Shown in pieces: positions 55,463 through 64,000 of a stretch of DNA of 64,000 nt (position 1 is its first letter; each line of letters starts with the position of its first letter). Both the position numbers and the translations under genes were made by a program. The notes below the pieces were generated by a model. The model saw nothing but the letters and a program-made list of their open reading frames with translations, made no database searches and had not been told where the DNA came from. Source of the stretch: Macrostomum lignano (taxonomy: Eukaryota); contig NIVC01000440.1 in NCBI GenBank assembly GCA_002269645.1, forward strand, positions 124,001 through 188,000, read 5' to 3'.

Positions 55463-57374
55463 GAGTTGATTGAATTGAAGTCAGGCTGAGGCTCAAGTGA
55501 AAGGCAGATATTAATATTCGAGTTGAGTTATAGTAATGGAGTCTGATTACTGAGAGATTACCTTTTGCATAGCCCGCCAGTTTAACTGCCTACACAGCTG
55601 ATTAATTAATTGTCTACCCTAAACTCGAACTCTCTCTTGAGCTTGATCTTGACAAGCGTGAAACTGAGCAGTTTTTTTATGTTTTTGTAGTCTCCCAAAT
55701 TATATTATTCTTTAAACATATTATAGTCATGACTAATGTTAAATGCGAACCTGCATGTCAGTTCCTACACCCCCGTCAGTATAAATGATTTAATAAAGCT
55801 TGTAGATGTGGTTTCATTTTCCACAACTTCCTTTGTTTGAACTATAATTTTATGTCTATACACTTTTTTATATAAGCATATATTTCTCGTTGTTATCCTT
55901 TAAGTTGTTGCGTTGCTTCCTTGTGCATCATCACATCTGCGCGACCGTGTTCCTGCTATATATTGTTGAATTTTTCTAGCAAACCTCTTGCAATGCTTGT
56001 TTTATTATTAGTAGTAGTTTTTGTTTTGGCATACCTGCTCTCAGATTGTGTCTGTCTGTGCTTTTTGTTTACTAAATATTCTTATCCATCTGTCTTAGCC
56101 CGAACCCGTTTCAACTGCTCTGTTTAGCATACTCAGGTTTGCCTGTAGGAGGAATCTGTGTGTTTTATTTGTTATAACAATTGCATGCCGCTTGTTTGTT
56201 TGTTTGTTTGTTTGTTTGTCTCTCTGTTCCATTTTGGCAGCTCAGTATGAAACTGTGTTTGTTCACCTATGCGGGAGATATCTCAATTAATTTTTTATCC
56301 TAATTATTCTCTATAATTATTATTGTTATTATTATTAATAGTAGCGCTCGCATTTTTGGTCCAAGTTTTTTAGAAACAAAAAACTATGCTTTTTTGCAAT
56401 TGCAATTAGAGAAGACTTAACTATACAGTCAGTTTATAATAATTATAGGTTTATACTATATTATGTGCAATATGGCTATGCATATGACTGCTACTATATG
56501 TAATGTAATTGATAATAGCATGTGTCCGTAAACTTGTTATTTGTTGTTTATTTTTTGTCTTCTTTACTCGAAAGTTGATTAAAATTGATCACTAAGCTTA
56601 AATAGTGTAGTGTAGTCTACCTCTAGCCCCCCCCCCCCGCAGTGTAATGCTTTACCTATTTCGGGGCAATCTTATTAGTTTTATTTATTTACTGGCAAAT
56701 GTTTTTGTAGAAATATGCAAATATTTTATTAACCGTGTTGCATTGATTGGCTTTGATTTTTTACTTAAAAACAGTCAATAAGTCCCCCGCTAGGTCAGTA
56801 AATTCGATCTGTTAACTGCTTCGACCATACGGCAGTTTATCCTATACTGCTCATGCTCATTAAGCAATGTTGTTATCAGTTACACTGCAGAGTTTCAACA
56901 TATTGATCATTGATGATAAAATTATGGAAAAACATTTTCCTATTATAGTATTTTTTAAAACTCGAAAGTTCTGATCTATCTGTGTGTGTGTGTGTTTTTG
57001 TTGGATAAAATAAACAAATAATGAAATCATTTTTTCTTGAATAAATCACCCAGTAGCATCCGTTAGTATTGATTGATTGATGGAGTTGGCACCTTCATCA
57101 GTTTCAGTTTTTGCACCTAATTAATTACTTTCTCGTTACTATAGCTTTTTACATGTTATGTAAGCATACTATTATATTATAACAAGTGTTAATCTCTCCC
57201 GCAGTTCATTTTAAATGGCATTCATTTTATTTAATATGCATATATATTATCTTTATATACATACTAAAGTTATTAATATTAGACGCGTGTGTATAAAAAT
57301 AGTAATGTACAACATATCTGTTGTATTATAACCAAAAGTTATATTTTGCCTCTTCGTTATTCCTTTATTCATAT

Positions 57375-58565
57375 AGGGCAGATTAGCAATCCATTCTGTA
57401 TCTTCATCAGTGATGTAGGCTAGATTAGCAACCCATTATTTTCTTTTATCAGTGATGTTGGCTAGATTAGCAATCCATTCTATTCCTTCATCAGTCATGT
57501 AGGATAGATTAGCTATCCATTCTATTCCTTTATCAGTGATGTTGGCTAGATTAGCAATCCATTCTATTCCTTCATCAGTCATGTAGGCTAGATTAGCTAT
57601 CCATTCTATTCCTTCATCAGTAATGTTGGCTAGACTAGCAATCCATTCTATTCCTTCATCAGTGATGTAGGCTAGATTAGCAATCCATTCTATTCCTTCA
57701 TCAGTCATGTAGGATAGATTAGCTATCCATTCTATTCCTTTATCAGTGATGTTGGCTAGATTAGCAATCCATTCTATTCCTTCATCAGTCATGTAGGCTA
57801 GATTAGCTATCCATTCTATTCCTTCATCAGTAATGTTGGCTAGACTAGCAATCCATTCTATTCCTTCATCAGTCATGTAGGCCAGATTAGCAATCCATTC
57901 TATTCCTTCAGTCATGTAGGCTAGATTAGCAATCCATTCTATTCCTTCAGTCATGTAGGCTAGATTAGCAATCCATTCTATTCCTTCAGTCATGTAGGCT
58001 AGATTAGCAATCCATTCTATTCCTTCAGTCATGTAGGCTAGATTAGCAATCCATTCTATTCCTTCAGTCATGTAGGCTAGATTAGCAATCCATTCTATTC
58101 CTTCAGTCATGTAGGCTAGATTAGCAATCCATTCTATTCCTTCAGTCATGTTGGCTAGATTAGCTATCCATTCTATTCCTTCAGTCATGTAGGCTAGATT
58201 AGCAATCCATTCTATTCCTTCAGTCATGTAGGCTAGATTAGCAATCCATTCTATTCCTTCAGTCATGTTGGCTAGATTAGCAATCCATTCTATTCCTTCA
58301 GTCATGTAGGCTAGATTAGCTATCCATTCTATTCCTTCAGTCATGTAGGCTAGATTAGCAATCCATTCTATTCCTTCAGTCATGTAGGCTAGATTAGCAA
58401 TCCATTCTATTCCTTCAGTCATGTAGGCTAGATTAGCAATCCATTCTATTCCTTCAGTCATGTAGGCTATATTAGCAATCCACTCTTTCTTCAGTCATGT
58501 AGGCTAGGTTAACAATTCTTTCAATTCTTTCATTGATGTTGGCTAATCTAGCAATCCATTCTCTC
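57375..58565. repeat. 42/39-bp tandem array (~29 units)
   Basis: Unit TTCA(TCA)GTCATGTAGGCTAGATTAGCAATCCATTCTATTCC; 42-bp units left, 39-bp units right. Confidence 0.95.
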
Positions 58566-59146
58566 CATTCTACTAAATGTATTTGGAGTTAAAGCAAATC
58601 AGTATTAAAGCAATGTAAATGATCCTATTTTTTGTTTTTTTAATTCCAGAACAAAAAATGAATTTCTGATTCCGTGGCTTCAAATTCATTAACTTGTACT
58701 CATATTTGTCTCGGGTAAGCTCAACAAAGACATACCTGTATTTTATTTTCGATTGCGCAATTGTCCATTGTATTCAATTTCATATTCAACTGTTACAAAT
58801 GCTTTTAAGCTCAAGCAGTCATACAGTAGCAAATTAGCAGTCTATGAAGTAATGATCATAAATATGTATTGTTGCAGTTAATTAAGAAAGCTCTTCTTAA
58901 AGAAGGTGGAAGTGCGTTATTAAATAATCAAAGATGATTTATTTAGCATAAGCTCTAATAATCCAAGCTAATTAGCATAAATTAATAATATAGCAAATCT
59001 TGAGGCATCGAAGCGGCGGCATAGGATAAAGGTTTCGGTTTGCTTTGAAAACAAACAAAAAACGACAAAAAATTCGATTTCAAGGGCGCGCGTTAATTCT
59101 TAGTTAACAGAAAAGCTCCAGTTTTAAATAAAATACGCAGCCAAGC

Positions 59147-62100
59147 CTACTGCCAAGTGATTGGATTGATGCTCGTCTGGTGCTGATTCTGCGCCCGTTG
59201 CTGCTGCGGCGGCGGCGGGGCGCTTCTGCAGCGCTTTGGCCAGTTGCTAGGCACACTGCGCTGCTGTTGCAGCACGAGCTGCTGTTGCTGCTGGGACCCA
59301 GTCGGCATTACAAATGGCCTCTCATTGATTCTCAGCCGTTCTATGCTGACACTTTCGCTCAGCCACTCCGGATGGATGATGAACTCGCCGCGTCGGCCGT
59401 GTCCCCTAGCCGAAGCGCCGGCCGAGAAGAATGCGCAATCGTAGCTGCGCGACATTGCCGCGGCTTGGGCTTCGCGTTGATCCCGACTAGACGACTGTTC
59501 AGTTGGATAGATTCTCGGATCGGTGATGTCGGAGTCTGCTGACACGGTGGCGTGACGGGTCCGACCGCTGCGGCTGGCTGTGATCGGTATGGAGCTGCTG
59601 AGCGTCGGCGTGTACGGGCTGAACCGTGGCCGGTTGAAAGAATGCGCCGAACTGGTCAGTTTGTTGCCATTGCTTGGCGGATGCGAGTTTAACGACCGGA
59701 GCAGCTTTCTGTCTGAAGCGTGACCATTGTTGGACTGCTGCTGTTGTGTCATTCTTCTTGGATGCTGCGGCGGATGCGAATTTTGCCTGCGATGTGTCCA
59801 GGGATTGTTTTGCATGTATAAGCGGAGCTCTTTAATGAAAAATTATAAACCGACTTTGCAGTGTACTCACCCTGTGCTCACTGCGGCAGTTGCTGGTCTA
59901 GAAGCCATGGTTCTCCTTCTGTAGCTTGTCGTTAAATTCGCTTCTTTATCCGCCTTCTCGTCCTGCTGCTGTCTTTGTTGCTTCTCTGCGTATCCGCGAT
60001 GATTGTGGAAGCTTCCAGCCGTGTCAGCAACGCCAATTTTACTGTCAAACTCCTGTTGCCGGTCTGCACTCGATAGAAATATGAGAATTGAGAAATTCAG
60101 TATCGAATTTTGTGGTTGGGGTTGGACTGGTTGGGAGGGTTGGGGCGGTACGGCGGTGGATGAACAAGAGTTTGAGCTTGCTCTGGACTCTGCTCCCGTC
60201 TAGCTGTCCTGGGAGAGGACCGCTCCGGAGTCTGGGCCGTGAGGTGGTTGAGAAAGGAGATGTTACTCCCGGAGAGAGAGGACGCAGACCGGATGAACGA
60301 GCGGAGAAAAGGGAAAGGGATGAATAGGACGAGACTTGGAGCGGGGAGAAGCGCGGGCAGTTCAGTCCTCTCTTGCTCCCCCTTCCGACCTGTGTACATC
60401 AGACAGTTTCCCGCGTGTACAACATCGCCAGTCCGCGACCTTCCCAATCCCTCACAATGCTATCGTTTTGTTTCCTTTAGCTAGTGCTGCTAGTGCTTCA
60501 GATAGTGCTGCGTACATGCGACTGGGCTATGGCGGCAAATGGGGTAGAGGTTTGTCCTCTATTTCTCTGTCCGTGTTTATCGCGACTCCCCTTCTCTCTC
60601 TCTCTCTCACTTCCCAGCTCCCATTTCTATCCCCGCCCGCCTACTTGGGCTATCACTGTTTGCGTTCCCCTCACTTCGGTCTAAATCGCCTTGGCATTGC
60701 GGCCCTGTCCAGGGATCCAGCCATAGGTCGTAGCTAGCTTCACAGACTTATAGAAGAGGTGAGGAAAATTCCTAGCCCTGATCCGTGTGACCCAGCTAGG
60801 CTCTTAGCTGTTGGGCGCAGAGGGGGCGGTTGGGGCAGACAGGGAAGGCGAACGGTGAGAGGGGTTGGGGGAAGGGGATTTCAAAGCTAGCAGGTCTCCC
60901 CTGTCCCCAGCTCTGCTGTCGTCTGTCGCCCCCTTCTCATTCTGCGACTGAGCGGACCAGACCAGGACTAGCTCCAGCCTCCTTGACGCTGGCCACTAAC
61001 CCCTCATCTCTCTTTCTCTTTCCCCGCCTCTGCACTCGCGGTCTCCGCGTGGTCTCTGCTCAACTCTCTCAACTCTCCTTGAACGGTTTTTTCTTCGTTT
61101 CACTCTTCATCTTTTTTCTCTCTCGCTCGCTCGCTTCGTTGCTGCCGCTAAGCTGGACTTCCCTCCTATCCTCTCCTTCCTCTCCTTTTCCCTCCTTCCG
61201 CTCTGGCTGATCTGTCTTGTCCCCCTCTCTCCCTGCTGCCTTCCTGGTCTGCTGCCGGGGTTTCTCCATCTTCTCCCGGCTTCTTTCCTAGCTGCCAGCT
61301 GATGAGGCTTAGGGGCAGCTTGGGGATGCTGTGAGGGAGAGTTTAGTTAGGATGGGCCGCACGACTTGGCTGAGTTGAATTGAGTCCGAAATTTTCAACT
61401 AAAGTCGGCTGGCTTCTTTTTCTGCTGTCTCTGCTCACTCTGGTGGACTGCTGGCTCGGGTCTTTTAGTTTTGGGGTTTAAGGGTTTTTTGTTGGCTATT
61501 GTTTGCTGGTGAGGAAAGAATATTTTTTTAAAATGACGATGCAAAGATTTTAGGGGAGTTTTGTGGCTGTTGTTTTGTAAAGGGCTGAGGCATTTTTTGC
61601 TACTGTTCTCATGAACTTCTTTTCTGCTCTCCAAATTTCTAAAAAATAGTAAACTTACTACTTTCTGTCTGTCTGTCTTCCTGTCTGTCTGTCCTAGTGT
61701 CTGTCTGTCTTCCTGTCTGTCTGTCCTAGTGTCTGTCTGTCTTTCTGTCTGCCTGTCTTAGTGTCTGTCTGTTTGTCTGTCTGGTCTGTCTGTTTGTCTG
61801 GTCTGTCTGTCTGTCTGTGTGTCTGTCTGTCTGCCTGTCTTAGTGTCTGTCTGTTTGGCTGTCTGTCTGTCTGTTTGTCTGGTCTGTCTGTCTGTGTTTC
61901 TGTCTGTATGTCTGTCTGTATGTCTGTCTACCTGTCTTAGTGTCTGTTTGTCTGTCTGTCTGTCTTGGTGTCTGTCTGTCTGCCTGTTTTTTATAACCAA
62001 AATTCTGTGTTAAAAGCTAGTCTAGAAGTTTTCTCACCACCTCCCTCTTATATTAAAATTCCAGTAGTTGCGGGACTTTTTTGTCTTGTATCATCTTTCC

Positions 62101-63705
62101 TATTTTATTTTCAATTTCTTAATCTACCTGTCATTTCAATTCCCCCAAAGTCTTAGCCAAGCCAGCTATCCTCATGCATCCCAGTCTCAGCTGTCTCACG
62201 CATTCTCGGCTGGAAGCACTCTCCAGTAACTGTCAGCTGCCACAGCTGGTTAGTGCTCTCGTTGGCCTGCTTTGCCAATTCGGCTGCCGATTCGGCCGCC
62301 GTTGCCTGCCGCTGCAGCCACAGCCGGCGCCGCCACTCCAGCAGGCCGCGCTCGCCAAGTCGCGGCGCTAGCAGAAAATATCCGGGCTGGTAGTTTACGG
62401 GGGGAGTTGGTTATTTTCCAATCTTAATATAGGCGGTGGCAGTTGAAAAATTACAATAAATTAAAAAAAAATTTTTTAATAAATAACGAATAATAAACAA
62501 CGAATATTTTGTTGTTTTGTAAATTCTAAAAACAACCTATTTGAACAGGACTAATATTTGAAATATATAGTGTTCCTTCTACAGATTTTATTGTACTTTT
62601 TAGCTAGCTCACTAGGATTAAACGGATTATCAAAAGTTTTATTTTTGGTTGCAATACTCCATCGCTACTACTATTGAAATTATGTATGACGTGTTTGCAC
62701 ACAATTGTATTACTGAAACTTAAGGTTAAAGAGGGTGGGGAGTAGAGAAAGAGGGTGGGGAGGAGAGAAAGAGGGTGGGGAGGAGAGAAAGAGGGTGAGG
62801 AGGAGAGAAAGAGGGTGAGGAGGAGAGAAAGAGGGTGGGGAGGAGAGAAAGAGGGTGGGGAGGAGAGAAAGAGGGTGGGGAGGAGAGAAAGAGGGTGGGG
62901 AGGAGAGAAAGAGGGTGGGGAGGAGAGAAAGAGGGTGGGGAGGAGAGAAAGAGGGTGGGGAGGAGAGAAAGAGGGTGGGGAGGAGAGAAAGAGGGTGGAA
63001 AGGAGAGTAGAGAGCTATGCGATAGAATGATTAAAAACAAAACTAAGCATAGAAACACTACGGCTCGTACCTGTACTCTAGTTATTATTTTAAATTATTT
63101 GAGCAAAGTTACAAAGGATGCTTCTATTCTAGCCCTTTAGTGGAAATATAATATAGTTCATAGGTCTGACTTTCTATCACCTTCAAATGCACAGTCATCC
63201 TTAAGAAACTTACCGCCGGTGCTACTGTATTGAGATCGCAGTTGCTGGGCAATAATCCCGGCTCCAATACCTGTCTCGCTAGACGAGCTGTTGCAACTCT
63301 TGGCTTTCTGGTATCTTCAAATGGCTGCAGCCTTTGTCCGTTTGCAGTAGTATTAGTAGCCGAAATTTGGTCACTTTGCCCATTAGTTGTTGTTGTTCGT
63401 CTTTGTTGACTTTTCCGACGAGAACGTCTGCGTGGTTTTCTTTGTTGCCTTCGACTATCGCCGCTGTCTCTACTGACGCTGCCTTCATTTTTATCGTTAA
63501 ATTCCTCACTGTCACTGCTATTCAGTTGTTCCAAGTAGTGTCTGGTTAATGTCCGTTCAAGAGTACTTTCCTCTGTAGTTAGAGTCTCTGCTGTAGTTTG
63601 GATCTCTGCTGACTCCGATACAGTGGGAATTCGCACTACTAACTGGCTGTTGTCATGGTAACTATCTGTTGATGATGTCATTGCGCGGCTGTAAAGCGTT
63701 GTCAT
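59147..63705 (-). CDS. Orphan low-complexity protein (~503 aa); proposed exons 63705-63214, 62386-62200, 60063-59871, 59786-59147
   Basis: GC-rich open exons joined by phase-compatible GT-AG introns (donors GTAAGT, GTGAGA, GTGAGT); C-terminal GRRGEFIIHPEWLSE motif; no family recognised. Confidence 0.55.
61665..61985. repeat. Degenerate (GTCT)n microsatellite
   Basis: Direct inspection. Confidence 0.9.
62728..63005. repeat. 20-bp purine-rich tandem repeat (~14 copies)
   Basis: Unit GAAAGAGGGTGGGGAGGAGA. Confidence 0.95.
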
Positions 63706-63824
63706 TTAGGAGTGATTTGCCAGCCGAAATGATTTGCTAAAGTTCGCAAACCTACCAAAAGCCAGGGAACCAAAGACCGACAGAAGCACTAATCGACTAT
63801 AAAAACGAGTGAACTGCCAAGAGA

Positions 63825-64000
63825 CGCACTTAACCTACCAAAATAACAACTGACCTACCGAACGAAGCACTTGACCTACCAAAATAACCACTCACCTACT
63901 GAACGAAGCACTTAACCTACCAAAATAACCACTCACCTACCGAACGAAGCACTTAACCTACCTAAATAACCACTCACCTACCGAACGAAGCACTTAACCT
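63825..64000. repeat. 41-bp tandem repeat running off the right edge
   Basis: Unit GAACGAAGCACTTAACCTACCAAAATAACCACTCACCTACC. Confidence 0.9.

Noticed and set aside
53274-55469. Many overlapping alternative-frame and antisense ORFs
   Set aside because: By-products of CAG/GCC-rich codons in the zinc-finger gene
57436-58461. Resemblance of ITDEGI..IA to cysteine-containing leucine-rich repeats
   Set aside because: 13-14 aa period is too short for an LRR and DNA-level homogeneity indicates a satellite

Overview
Eukaryotic (metazoan) genomic DNA. GC-richer, intron-poor genes are interspersed with AT-rich spacers and many intronic tandem-repeat arrays, a style suggestive of a flatworm such as Macrostomum (inference only). 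Host genes: a divergent Wnt (-), the MFS molybdate-anion transporter MFSD5 (+, 5 exons), a Schlafen/AlbA_2-domain protein (+), a VWDE-like type-I membrane protein (+), a PAN + C-type lectin (+), a CAP/SCP-ShKT protein (-), an 8-finger zinc-finger protein (+) and an orphan multi-exon gene (-). The standout feature is a young, full-length 10.6-kb Ty3/Gypsy LTR retroelement (6018-16605, minus strand; CTCC target duplication; near-identical LTRs). Its coding region reads as one ancestral polyprotein: Gag - acidic spacer - internal signal peptide - herpesvirus-gB/chuvirus-like class III fusion glycoprotein - TM - tail with YPSI/PTAP/PPTY late domains - protease - RT - RNase H - integrase. The envelope therefore lies BETWEEN gag and pol, and a separate myristoylation-motif double-RING ORF occupies the usual env position. 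This copy carries two in-frame stops in env and a 1-nt frameshift in RT. Also present: two tRNA-derived SINE families, several MITEs with TIR/TSD, a decayed DNA transposase and more than a dozen satellite arrays. No CRISPR, rRNA or intact tRNA gene was found.
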